NCBI GenBank assembly: GCA_040954595.2
Contig: CM082598.2
Coordinates: forward strand, 4,665,097 to 4,729,096
Source: Balanoglossus misakiensis
Taxonomy: Eukaryota; Animalia; Hemichordata
Direction of reading: 5' to 3'
Length of the DNA stretch: 64,000 nt
The notes under the pieces are model-generated. The model saw nothing but the letters and a program-made list of their open reading frames with translations, was not told the DNA's origin and searched no databases. The number at the start of each line of letters is the position of its first letter. Within the stretch, counting starts at the first letter, position 1. Below, piece by piece: positions 12,006 to 26,000 of this stretch. Made by a program: the position numbers and the translations under genes.

Positions 12006-15000
12006 CAATTGTATAGTGAGCACAAATGGGGTGTTTTTATGTCCCTCCCTCACATTGATATCGTTGGTACCGATGTTCGCTGGCGACTAAATTATGCAAT
12101 AACAATAATCGCGTCTGGGCACAGGACCTTATAAGATGCCAATAAAAGATATTTGAATATGACAAATAAAAGACCGTGCCAATACAAAGACAACGTAGAC
12201 ACGACACGTAGACAAATGTGTATGACTTTTCATATGAAAAGGTATTTTATTTGTCATATTCCAACACCCATGAAACAAAACGGCCAAGAGACACTCAATG
12301 AGTACGTTGCAGTTTGTGGAGTAGCTACGATCAAACAGACAATCTGAATTTATAAGATACTGTTACGTCCTATCACAGTTTTTTGCCTCGTTGTGTTTTT
12401 TAATTATCACATGGAAACATGCGAAAGATTTAGCTAAAGTCGTAGAAGTTAAGGTTCTGGTGCATGATGGGATTGATTGATTGCAACTAGAGGAGTCGTC
12501 TGGTTATACGTCACGTGATCAAAGATTTCATCCAGACAAATTCCTTATCTAATCCACAATACCAACCGAAGGCCAAAATATTGAACCAGCAGACGTATGG
12601 GCGGCTCTTTCCGGTCTTCGTAACACTGGACTTAATATACGCCATTAATAATATCACCAACGCCCCCCTGTAAGCATGTCGATACTTCACCCACGCCTGG
12701 TCTACCCATCTCAGACATTTCACACTGTTTAACAACATCCAGTACACTTCTAAACTTACACATTCCTCCTTGATTTCATCAAACGAGTATTTCACAGGTG
12801 GGTGACCGCCCACAGACCGAACGAGGACCAATTTTCGAATGTATTTCTCAGTCCCAACAAAAGAAATTCCCCGCATACCTGCGATTAGATTATTTCAATT
12901 ACCTCGCGTATAGGTACCAACACGCTCTGTTTAACAATTTCAAAATCGGTCTTGGGCCCTTAAACATTCGCGGGACTTTCTCAAATGAGTAGCCACGTGC
13001 TCGGCCAGCCATTACCAAGCCGTCGCCAACTTATCCAATTTCATGGTTATTCGCCAATTTTACAGTGAGTTGACTTCGCCTCTTTCATTCATTGAGCGCG
13101 GTTCACACTTTGAGATACTCAAATTAGCACAATCGGAATTGGTTTGTTTGTTTTTGGTAAATGCTTACTCGTGCGTTCTTTCATATAGATGTATATGCCG
13201 CGTCTGGAATCGAATGAATAAATATACATTGTAGTTCTCCATTTTTCCGTTACTTATCCAAAATACTAATAAAATTAATTGTACGGCAAAGTAAAGCCGC
13301 AGTGGGTTACCTACTGAACGCAGAATTGTAAAGCCTTATAAACTCTGGGCTCTGATCCCGGGGCGGCGCAGATAAATGACAGAAACGCGACGACAAAGAA
13401 AGCATGCGAAACAATGGCGTCCCGGGACTATAATTATATTTAGACGACTTTCAACACTTCAGACAACAAAGATGGGCACATGGCATTGTACCAGCAAAAA
13501 CAATACATTGTAAACTTTGCTTAGTTTCAGTTTAAAGGCTTTGGACAAAAAAACAACAACACTAACGCTATACTAGACAACTAGTACTACCCGGGGGAAT
13601 TAGAGCGCCACAATGCATCGTGGTCAGACCCCGACAATTAGATAGCAGTTATGTGGCAGGACAACGCAGATATCATGCAATATTGTTCACATTAGTGATT
13701 TGAGAACTGCAAGAGTCCGACAGTGTACGTATGTTGTGTTGAAGTTCTGGCAGAGTCGCAGACTACACTATTATTTTGACATGGTTTTGACAAATCAGAA
13801 GGTTAAGTATACGGAAATGGGTTCACCGTTACGCTTTTGTGCAAACATTTTGAGATAGTTCGGTGATAAACTGCAATGGAGAACGATTGTTGGCATGGCA
13901 ACTCAGCGTTCGTAGTTCACACTGCAAATAAGTATACAGTCACCCAGACCCAACCCGTCCAATCAACTTTATCGACTGCCACCCGGCGGCGGTGTGAACA
14001 CAGCTCTCAGGGGAAGATTTATTACACAAAGCTATGTGGGTAGTAAACCGATATTAGACAGGCGTGCTACTGGAACTGCAACGCTGTTTATGGAATCACT
14101 TACGAGACAGAAAACATTCAGCCGCGGTTTAATTCTGCGGGCCCTGCCCAGTGTCGGCTGTCTGCAGCCAACGATAAGGCACGCCGAGTTACAAATGCGA
14201 GTATTTTGATAACGCGTTTGCAGTCGTTCGTGTGGATGTCGGGTGGACAGAGAGAGAGAGACAGACGCAGTTTGACTACCAGCTCGGGAATTTTGGAACG
14301 CGCGGCTGGGTAGAATTTACGAAGGTTAGTAAAAACCGACAGAGGAACTGTCCTCGACGATTCAGTGTGATATCATGTCCGGATATCGTCTGCTTAGCTA
14401 GTGAGCGTGTATGAGACAATGCAGTGGTTATATTTATGACTTCTGCTTACAAATGAGAGCGTTATTTACTGTTTAATCGGGGGAGTAGTGTTTCACTGGC
14501 CCACGCCAGGACTTTGACACAAAGCACACAGTATATATAGTGCCCGTTAAAAAGGTAAACAAGTTCAGAACTGACGCTGTCCGACCCACGATCAGGTCAC
14601 GGCACTGCAAGATTGCATTCGGTGTCTGGAAACAACAACAGCCCTAGTCATTGCTTGTTGAAGGTACAAGTCGCTGTTTCTCGCTGAAATACTGGTATTT
14701 CAGCGGCATTTCAGCATATGCAGGTATGGTTAATTCCCAATTGACCTCTCAGCCGTGTTTCCGCTATTCAGTGCTCGGGGATCGCAAGTGAACTTTGATC
14801 CGTTATACCATATGTTGGCTAATAATGTTTACTAGCTGGGGGATATCATGCCGCACCTATCAAATAGAACACCGTAACACAGGTGTTGAGCAGACGACCA
14901 AATGTTGCGCTCGTTACCCGCCAAATTCCGTCGTTCAAACGTGAAAACTTTTGCATGTCCCTGTTGTACCCGGCGGCGCTGTAATGGCGTCTTAAATTGC

Positions 15001-18000
15001 AATTGGTAGGTCGTATAATTTTACTCGAATCTCATTACCGGCTATTTTATTACAAATTTGCCGGTCAACACAAAAGTAAAATACCTAATTTGAGCTGGAC
15101 ATCAATGTGTATTTAGAAAACAGTCCCCGAGCCTGTGTTATCGAATATTCAGCTGGAGAGCGACTGTGCTGTACAAAAAGGTCCAAATATTTTCACAAAA
15201 GTGCGAAAATTTGCTGTGTCAACAGACGCCCTATCGGACGTCTACTTTTTCTGTTTCAATTGCCATTGTTCCAGTGTGCTTTAGAAAGTCCGTTATCGAC
15301 ACGAGCGCAAACTTTTATGGTGAATTTGATTTAAAAGACCGAGTACAACACCTACGACCATTTAACGTGACCCCTGTTGACCTCTCTGTTGTCGGTGCTT
15401 ACATTGTTTGGTCGCCAGCAGTGCTGTATTTGAAAAGATAATAGCACCAATTAGCATCGGACGTCCATCGGTGCGCGCTGGGACTTGGACCCGTGTCTGA
15501 TATGGCATTTAAGAACTTGTACGTCGATGGGATACAATTTTATCGGCCTAGACATATTACTAATTGAGCGTTAAATTTGGTAGATTTAGAGGGGACCTCT
15601 GGGTCTCACTCACATGCACAGACTTGTTGTTTTCAGTCATACAGTACAAGACATGCATCACACGCAGAGGGCACGGGTGAATTTACATCTTTCATGTCAG
15701 TGATAGGACATATGTATATACAAAGTACAAGATTTAATCTATCTGCGCGCGCATGTTATCCCTCACGATAGCAGAGGTCTTTGTACCCTCATTTAGCTTC
15801 AACTTTTTACAGCATATTATTTTAAGTCTGCTTATGCATATTGTGAATATTTATCAGTAAAAATGTTAGTTTTTAACTTGTTGGTATAAATACGTATGGT
15901 ATTGTGCGTTTCATATATTCAGTACTTCTACGCTGAGCGCGCGCGCGCGTGCGCGTCCCCCATCACTGACCCGAGCGCTGTGTGGTCTCTGTGAGAGTGA
16001 ACGATAAATACTAGTACGTCACATTGCCTTGCTCGACGCAAGTACTGATAAATGTCAAAAGTTTAGTTTACCAAGGTCTGCACAAACATCTCGTCTTGAA
16101 AACATCTCCCCCGTACACAACCTGAAACGTGACGAGGATTCACGAAATGGACCTACAAGAAGAAATAGACATACGGCGCTAATACGGCGCAGGAAGAAGT
16201 TTGTACTCATTACGCATATTCTGTTGTCCAAGCAACAGAGCCGCGTGTTTACACCGTGGTAAACAAAAGCATGTGGCGTGGCAATCACATGAAGTAACAC
16301 TCCACCAATATTTTATCTTGAAGGAGAAACGTTATCTTGTAAATTCAGCCTACATTGTGAGGAAAGTGTGAGGCTTGTTTGACAGGGGTACTGTGCTTGA
16401 GTTGCACTCAGCAAGTCACGTGACTGGGAACTGCGTGACTTCAATCTCTGCACAGTGTTCTGTTTACACACGGTCCGCAAATTCCCATGCCATATTTTCA
16501 GAACAGGGTCAAGGTGACTGACAGCTCAAGTATTTTTTTCCACCCAGACAAAAAAACTTGCAGACACACTAGTGCTAATCCGGATAAAGTGCCCTCTTTT
16601 AAATTCCGCGCACAACTTTCCCAAGATTGAAAATCGTCAGCTCTCTTTGTAGTGCATGCAGAAATGTCTGCAGAATTTAAGGCGCGGATTTGGTTTTAAA
16701 TGCAGCGCTTTTGAATTTCTACGTATCGATTCCCTATAGTGATGTAATGCAGATTTTAAGTCAATCAGAATCCATATTTACTTTACAGAACGTGTGCGCA
16801 CACCTCCACGCACTCACATTTTGTCGTCTGACAAAATGACGTTTATTGTTCTTCCATTAATTTATTTGTATCGTTCGTCCATTAATTTAGACAAATACAC
16901 CACAGAAAACGCCACTTCACGGAAATACATTCGACTAACTCCGCCATCTTGTATCCTCGCCAGGGAAAATTCACCCGACGGTGAAATCGTTCAAATATCA
17001 AAATATCCAATTTCACATGACTCAGTGAGGCTGGAGTCATGACGTAAAATATGGCGGCGGTTTTCTTTTTCGGTCGACGACTACAGCTCGTTGAGTCACG
17101 GCTGGATTTAGAACGTTGGTCTGTAAAAACGATGCGTGAGAGTTGAACCTAATAATACCAACGTAACTTTGTTCGTGTGTTTCCTCTTTCGATGATATTC
17201 TGTTGAATATCCCCCGTCATTGTATCAGTATACGTAATTCGCGATTTAGGGGAAATGATGAGTTTTGTTGTAAGGGAAGGTTTTCATCATTTGGCGTGAA
17301 CAAAGCAACAAGATTGGTGATACAGATTTGCTCGTTACAAGTGAGCTTTGGGATAGATGCCTGGGATGATTGTAAGATAGTTTAGACATTACTCAGCCCT
17401 CTTGAATCATGGGATACTTAAACCATTACGCGTACTCTCCATTAGATATGTTCTCTGTCGTAATGTGTGTGTGTGTGTATCGCTAAGATTTGCCAGAAGT
17501 TCAGTCAGAGGGTAATTAAGGTCAAGTCGATAGCGCGGTGTCGGGTTCATCCACAGCACATTGAGCGAAATCAGCAGCCATATGTCGAACGGAGATGTCA
17601 GTCAAGGTTATCCCGTTATTCTTCACAACATTCTCGCGAACCAGAGCCATGTACTAGTATTTCCGCCTTGCGAAACTGTTTCCGTAAAGAGGCCGTGCTT
17701 TACGACGATGCTTCGACGCGCGTTCGCCGATATAGGATATCAATAATTGACCCTTTAATGGTTAGATTCATTCCGGATACAACATAATTCCGTTCTGACG
17801 AAAGTTTAAATTTATTATGTCAATATTCATTGTTGTACATCCCCGCACACATAAACGCACGCACGCATCAGAAATATCACTTACTCGTAATAACGTGACC
17901 CCTTTACAGTTAAGGGCAGACCAATATCAATTCTCGATAACACGTGCGCATGGGCAAACTTTATATCGGGTCAAATATCAAATTATAAAAACGCGATTTG

Positions 18001-19799
18001 GGACTGTGAGAACATTTTTTATGGCTTTTAAAACGCCTCGATAATAAAACACAACACATGTGGTGTGTTCGCATGGCTGACTATAGTTGATAGCGATTCA
18101 CAATTAGGTCGCTGTCTATTATTGTTCGTCAGTAGTTCCATATTGCATGTATTGCAGGGTTATTGTAATATTGATAGCATATCATATGTCACCCTCAATA
18201 TTCAGGTTACTTATCGAGTTTTCACTTGACTGGCGGCTGTAGTTATTAGAACTAATCGCACGACATTGAGCCCTGGTGCTCATTTTTTTATTTTATTTTT
18301 CAAAATAGAGAGCAGCTGCTTGTAATCAGCTTAAGTATTCCAACCATTTCTATTTTAGCGGCGGCCAAATGTATTCTCCGAAGGGCAACACGATATGACA
18401 AGCTTACACATTTGCGGAGCGAATTTAGACGTTACACGCGATTATTCGGCAACTGATATTTTCGTGCTGTCGTTGTTTATGTTATTTCGAGTGTATATTT
18501 CATTTCATGTATGTATGTATGTCTTTGTATACCTATGTCTATCTGTCCACCAATTTACAACTGCCCACCTAAATAACAGTCTTACTTCTCTGGAGAAACC
18601 AATTACAAAACGGTTTAGTTTCTGTTGACATTATATGTATTATTTGTTTTCCCGCCCACTATATTTTTTCCTGTGAATCAAGGTACGCAAAAACAGACCA
18701 ACAGATGTGAATTTTACAGCCCGACTCCTGACATGCCGGGTTCACCCGGTTGCAGGCAATGTCTCCAATTAAATTCAACATTTGGCGCATTCCAGAACAG
18801 CTGTGTCACTGCCGCGATTTATCTGGCATTCCGACGTGTCTCCAACACCCACTCGTGTTACTAGCCAAGTCCCATGCCCACCACTACAACTCTCAATAAA
18901 ACCTCTTGATAATGTCACCCGCACGCTTGCACGATCGTCTTCCTACTATGGTAATCTCGGTTCTTGGCGATATGATAATACTTAGTCGACGTTGCGTCCT
19001 GTTATTGGTATTAAATTTCCTCAAAAAGAGCGTCCAAGTCCTGATAAACTGTACCGGTGATGCATGGTGTTTATAGTTAAACTAGGTTACCACCTTAACC
19101 TTTCATAGTTTCAACGCCAAAGTCAATTTGTCGTCAATTTAACGAAATTAAAAGTCCCACCTAAACAAAGAAATTATGTTATGTACTCTTGAGGTTGCAT
19201 TGTTTGGAAGCACTGGTCAATAGAACGAAATGTTTTATATACAGACTATTTAACAGTTTCGTTTCCTCTCCCTTTTTGCAGGCTAGGTCACAGGTGTCGA
19301 AACTGACGTCACGGGCGCTGGTATAGTCAAGTGTACACCAATTGGCCGAAAGAGACTCCTCGCGCACGCAACAACCTATCGTAACTCGCGTACTGCGTGA
19401 TCAGAAGAGAGAAACACGCGCTCAGCCACACGCTAGAGTCGATGGGTTTGATGAGAAAACAATAACAGAACGCGCGCGCGCTGTTGCCATGTAGACGGTT
19501 GATTCACAGCAGAGCATGTGCACGCATTGATACAAGGTGAACTTTCAGCGTAACAGCTGTTGAATTATATGTACAACGAGTTTATTAAAAGGGATTTCCA
19601 TTACTGGGACTCCATCGCCTGACTGTGTGTTCCCATTTGTTCAGGGATGTGTTCCTTCACAGAAAAGCCATTGAAACCAGCGATTTTTGGTGTATTTTGA
19701 CATTTTTTGTCACGTTTCTGCTGTCCACGGATTTTACGTGAAGATATAGGACGGTTTGAACCGGGACTACACTGAATTCACCGAGACTGAACCTCCACA

Positions 19800-20489
19800 A
19801 TGTCCGTGTTTACAATCGAGGACGAGGACATGCACGAGCCATCCAACATGGCGATGGCCATGGTGCCACTGACAGACGACGACATCCACCAGATCGAGAG
19901 CTTCTTCCGCAGTCGCCGGACTCAGGTCTACGTGTGTCCGGGACTCGTGAACTTGTACTTCGGGGGCGCCGAGTCGTTCTCTAACCTGACGGGCTGGGAG
20001 TTGCACACGACGGGTATACCCACGTTGTTATGGGACCCTAACAATTACGACGTGTCGAAATCCCACCTGCGTATCTGCATCGCGGAGCGGGGCACGGGGT
20101 TCACCCTGTGGCAGGACCGTGTCGACCAGCTAAGCAACTACACCGCCCCGGACAAGGCCTTCCACACGATGAGACTAGCCAGGGACAGAAAGACGCTGGC
20201 CGGGCTGAGCTTCGACGACGAGCGGGCGGCCGCGGATCTGCTGCGGACCATCCGCTCCATGGTCTCGGAGATGGACCCGAATATGCCGAAGGGGAAGAAG
20301 GCAAAAAAGATGAAGCGCCGAATGCCGAAACCTCCCAAGCCGCCGAGGAAGACGGACATATCTTTGCCCTGCTGCTTTGAACACATCACCAAACTCGAAA
20401 AAAGCGACCGGGACCACATCGTCACACTACAAACCCTGGTTCCCGATGGAAAGCCCAAAGAAAAAGAATACCGGACATTCAGACGGTAA
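19800..20489 (+). CDS. WH1/EVH1-like domain protein with degenerate CRIB motif (resembles Drosophila MESR3 family)
   Basis: 229-aa ORF with strong GC3 coding bias; WH1-like segments WELHTTGIPTLLWD, GFTLWQDRV and AGLSFDDERAAADL; basic linker; CRIB-like DISLPCCFEHITKL; candidate splice acceptor at ~19644. Confidence 0.8.
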   Translation: MSVFTIEDEDMHEPSNMAMAMVPLTDDDIHQIESFFRSRRTQVYVCPGLVNLYFGGAESFSNLTGWELHTTGIPTLLWDPNNYDVSKSHLRICIAERGTGFTLWQDRVDQLSNYTAPDKAFHTMRLARDRKTLAGLSFDDERAAADLLRTIRSMVSEMDPNMPKGKKAKKMKRRMPKPPKPPRKTDISLPCCFEHITKLEKSDRDHIVTLQTLVPDGKPKEKEYRTFRR

Positions 20490-23030
20490 CCATGGTATTA
20501 CGAGACTTCTTTGAAAATCTGTTCTGAAAATTTGACATAAAGCTGTAACTTTTGATGATTTACGATTGGTAGAAATTCCGTGCTATAATTATCAAGGCGA
20601 GTTGCTCGTTCATCGACAAAGTATCATAAATTAAATCACAGAATTTATCATGATGGCAGCATTGTGAATTGCATGCCTGTGTTAATAACCTGTAAACTGT
20701 GACAGTGGTTGACACCTGCCAAAGAAAACCACACCGGAAGACGCAAGGACGAGAAACTATATGCAAACTAGGCCACTCTTCATTCAAAAACAAGCCACCG
20801 CCAAATGTTCTTGGTGTTTTCTGTCAACAACGTGACGTCACAAATGTGCCTTATTGTATTTCTGCGTCAGAGCTGAACAATGAACTATTTATGCGGCGAC
20901 ATATGGTGGGATTTTCAAAATAATATATGACAGTTATATATATACAGCGTTTCAATACTGCGTCAGGACCGTTTGAGTTGTTGCAATAACTGTACAAACT
21001 CTACAACGGGAAATACTGGTCCGACTGAATCTGTATTTCTTCACAAAACATGAAGAAAATGTGGCATACTGAATCACTGTACAGTATTTTCCTTGTACTA
21101 TATCGTTCCATCATAGACTATGATTCAACACAATGAGTGACGATGAAGCAGTCTTTATGCATGTACGACAAAAGGAGGCCGAGAAATGTATCATCTGCCG
21201 CACGAGGGCGTACTCTTTCTGGCTTTCGAATTCGGTTTCAGCCAAGGACCGAATGAAAGTCGGAAAATCAACTACACTTAATGTCGTGTGACTTGGCAAT
21301 TTGACAGTGGAGCGTAAACTGTGTCATAATCGAGGCACTGACTCCATCACGATGGTAACCAAGATGTCCGTTCACACAAGACCGGCCATTATGCGTGTAG
21401 ACCATATTGGCCTTGTAATCTTACCAACCAAAGATGCCAAAAGCAGTACGCGTCCATTTGACCCGTACTTCGCTATTCTTTGCTTTAATCCCCTTTCTTG
21501 ACTTTACGTCATCACATGCTCGTGCAGGTCTGAGCATCTTATAGTGACAATCGTGTTTTTTTTTTACTATTTGTTATATTTGATATCAGAGAATCAAGCC
21601 TTTATAACCAATCGCCATTTTATTTTAGCATCGTTTGTAGGCTAGACTGAAAGATTCAGTCGTGTGCGGGCAATTTGTTTTGAACTTTTTTTTGCCTCTT
21701 GTTGAATTTTAGAGTCTATTGTGATTTAAGTAGACTAGAAAAGGGCGCCACAAGCATGTGCAATTTTTTTAAAAACGAGTTTCCAATTAATTGCTCATAT
21801 CTTTAGAATCATCTACACATTTTTGAGCGTTTTAATGAAGCCAAAAATGTTGTTTTATTTTTCATTAGCGGATATTTTGTTTTGCAAACTTTTGATTAAA
21901 AACTAATTAGGTGCTATACTTTCTATGTGTTGGCTTATGCAGTCACCTCTTTTATTTTCACATAGTTTAACAACAGTGTCTCTCTTGAATGGCAGAATGG
22001 GTCAGGCAACCAGACAATCTTCATGAGTTATCTTGGGTTTTCATGGAGATGGACAGTAGCCACCTGTTAATGGAGAAAAGAAACTTCAATAATTGCCATT
22101 TCATATCGCTATGTAAAAGATACATATATCTGTACATTATCTCTACAAAGAGATTTTGGGAGCAGTCTTTCAACAATTTCTTAGCAAACTAACCAAACCA
22201 GACTGAAAATGACACATTTGTCAACACTGCAGCCGAGTCAAAATGGCGGAGGGTCACTGCTCACACATTAAGGAAATGCAAAGTCAGATTATCGTGGTAC
22301 TTCTCATGCATCTGCACGTTCCAACAAACATGTCTATTTACAATTCAGACCATACAGTAACATCACAAACAGAAATGCAATGCTCTTCTGTACAATTTTT
22401 TGTGAAATATCTGAATTTGTTGGTGAACTTACCAGGGTTCTGCCGAGCCAAAACAGAGTGGTGGTCGCACTCATGAATATTAATGAGATTATTAATATTC
22501 ATGAGCTCGATTTACAGTGTTATCGACCTGACCTAATTAGGTGACCTTTGACAGTATGCGTCTTTCCTTTGCTTTGTAAACCCGGAAGACAAGCAATTTT
22601 TCACCGGACATTTTCATGACGGCGACATCAACAATGATGACGATTTTAGGGGTTTCAAAGACTACAATTTTATACCGATCGAGGCCATTAGCAATCCCGA
22701 CCGTGACAACGACTTTTGAGTAGATCTCAAGAGTGGGTGGTCGCGCGCGATCGCGGGACCCAGCCGGCTGCATCGAGCTGTAGACCCGATGTACCGCGCA
22801 CGGTCAGTCGAACGCGCGCGACCTTGTTATCGACAGTTTAGCGGGTTTCTTTGTTGACTCTCTCGTCCCATGTGTTTGATTTCCGCCGAAAAAGAAAATT
22901 TCTCACGCCAAAACGCGTGTATCACAGCGAACAATAGCAATGGTCGCGACCTTTTTGTCCTGGTTGCGGCCTGAAGAGTGCCGGTCGCGCGCGACCGGCG
23001 CCGACCAGCGTGGGCAGATCCCTGACTTAC

Positions 23031-26000
23031 GTATTTGGCAAATAAAATGGCGCTTTCTAGTGCAGCAGTCGTCATCCAAGTTGTATCTTGGAAGTCCTCG
23101 ACCCGATCGCTCCCTGCAGAAAAAAAACAACAGTTCTATGCCGTAAGAATGAACCAATTAATATGGTTTGTGCTTGTGACACACCATTGAACCCTTAAAC
23201 CCCAGTTCCTTCTCTAGAGGTCCGTCAATACCATAGAAAGCAATGGGTTTGGACTGCACCAAGGTGGCGAAAGGGGTTAAACGTCTACTGACTCACCATA
23301 GTCGACAACAATCTTCACCAGTGGTAGTGCAAACATTCATCCTGTTGTTGGGCTCCCAGTTCTCCCAGCCAGATGTTGCCATGTCAACGGGCGTTCCGTC
23401 AACCCAGACAAAACGGCCCTCAATGTCAACATCGCTGCATCCGACCCAGTAGCCGTGTTTTTCCGGGTAGGCTAGGGTGTCCGAGTGGATAAGGAACTGT
23501 CGGACAGGAGTGCGAATGGATTCATCTTGCAAGATCGGCAGGTCAGATTCGTGATCAACATCCAAACTTTGACAGTATTCACGAGCAGAATCCCAATCCG
23601 AAACTGGTTCGAGTAAAAACACAAACAAGTCTTCCCCAATACAAAGCCATGGATCTACAAGGAAGAAATTGAAAATTGTTTCCATCTGAAATTAATTCAT
23701 TTGCAGACGACAAAAAGTGCCCTCAGGGAAAATATTGTACCAAAACTTATATGTTAACTTTCTACCTGGACTATCGCATTCAATGTGGCATTCTCGCTGT
23801 TCTTCATTGACTCCATCGCAGGAGGTTGGCGTCAAACCAAGACACACACGCGACCGAATTTGCATGCCTTGCCTACGATCACCAAGGCAGACGGATGATT
23901 CTGGTGCTATGCAGCTCTGCCAGTCGCCCCATTCAGACCACCCAGGAACTGGAAAACATAATTAGTATATACTGTATAACACCTTGAATTAGCTGCAGTC
24001 ATTTTTATCGAATATGGATTTTCAGTTCATTCAATGTTTTTTAACCAAATCTCTTCTGTTTGGAAAGATATAATCATTCTTTGAAAGGCTTCAAAGAGAC
24101 CATCAAATACCTACCATTAACAGCATAAACGTCAATGGAGTCAGTAGTCCCAATGCCGTTAAAACATGCGTCAGAGACGCCGCCATCTTGGTAGACGGCG
24201 CCTTCTGCCGCTGTGTTGATAGTGTAGCATTTCCCGCCAAAACGGAGTGCGAATACATCGTGCATTGAACTTTGAGCTGCTCTTGCACATTGCTGACGAA
24301 GCAACACAATAAGTTCAGTTTAATATACACTACACTGTAACGATTCACTATTAAGAACACACACGCTTCAATGCACTATACATTACACTACACCACACTA
24401 CATGTAATAATAAAAAACCTGCACAAAGATGACAATGAAGACAAAATGATAAATTTTTCCTCAATTTCCCAAATCTTTCACTTACTTCAACTGGATTTGT
24501 TCTTTCCCAGTAGTTTCCAATCAGATGAGGGTTTCCGGTGTCTTCTACTGTTGTCAACAATTCACCCTCACCAACATCCCAGTAACACCCAAGCCAATAG
24601 TAAACTGTATGCAAAAGCAATGGAACACTATCTTAAGCCTTTCACCACTATGGGCCTGTCCAAATCTATTGTTTTCTATGGTAAAAATGGACCTCTAAAG
24701 AGGGAACTGTGCGTGAATCGGCCAAAGATATAAAAAAATTGCAAAATAAAAAAAATCCCTACCTACCTACCCTATTTTTGAAAACCATTTAATCGAAACA
24801 GCACAAATTTTTTATCTGGCCTACGTCAACATTACCTGTATCTGTTGGACACTGGATGTCCATACAGATCCTTGTCTGCGTGTCTTCGCCATCACAAGGC
24901 CCTCCTGGAGGGTCGATGCTTGGAGGTGGGTAGTTGCACGATCTCGTCCTCGTCTGCGTCCCACCACCACACGTCACGGGACAGACTGACCAATCAGAGA
25001 ATGGAGACCAGCCACCATCAACTGGATCTGTCAATCAATTGGAAATAATGTTACAAATACATGTACAGTCAAACCTGTGTTAGTGGCCACCTCTATATAG
25101 TGGCCACTTTGTTACAGTCTCTGTGTAATTAACATGTACATGTACATTGACCTGTATATAAAGGCCAGTTTGGGAGAGTCCCTTGATTGGCCACTATAGA
25201 GGTTTCGACTGTGTATACTTATCTACATGTACATACCAACTAGGTAGGTATGCATGTAGATAAGAAACTGTTAGTTGTTGCACATATCAAAATACTGAAT
25301 CAATCATCCACAGTTATAACTACAGCCCCTCTAAGGTCAATTCAAGTAAAGTGTGATTTACATCCGCAGTTGTATATCCTGTTAATTTCATAGGCGTCCA
25401 AATGACTGAGTCCCAGCCGCTGGCCAATGTCACCACTGTGTTCCTTTAATAACCTGATAGTTGGCACAGTGTAGTCTATGGCGAATGCGTATCGAGGGTA
25501 ATGCATGACTGAGCTGTAGTCATAGTAAACTCCCTGAGTGACAATGTCTTCGTACATCTTAAAATTGTGCTGCATGTCTGCAAAATAAAACAAGGGGGTA
25601 TATGAGGCAATGTTTTGGGTATTTTGTTGGCAGCGAACAACTGTACATACACGGCATATTATCTCATGTAAAACCTCCACCTTCCAGACAGAAATATGAA
25701 AGTTAACGATGTCTATTTAGTAACCTGGACACGTAAATATTTTTATCACAAATTAATTGCCAAAATTTAAAAAAAAGTGAAGCATACTTACCCGATCGGA
25801 TGTTGTCGTAATTAATTGCAACAAAGTCGTCTCGATCAGGCCGAGACTGCTCGTGGAAAAATCCCAGAGCATGTAGTAGTTCGTGTACTGGGACGCCGAC
25901 TGAGCCGAAACATCTCGCACTGAGCGACAGATATTGTGATCCTGATCCAACCATTCCGAGATATGACCAACATCTGAAAGGGATTGTGACATGGTTACAC

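Noticed and set aside
12511-12876. 121-aa minus ORF, and an HPDKF (J-domain-like) motif on the + strand
   Set aside because: No recognisable domain; the HPD frame stops within a few codons.
15937-15956. (CG)n Z-DNA-prone tract (also ~19471)
   Set aside because: Short and common in CpG-rich regulatory DNA; nothing further supports a function.
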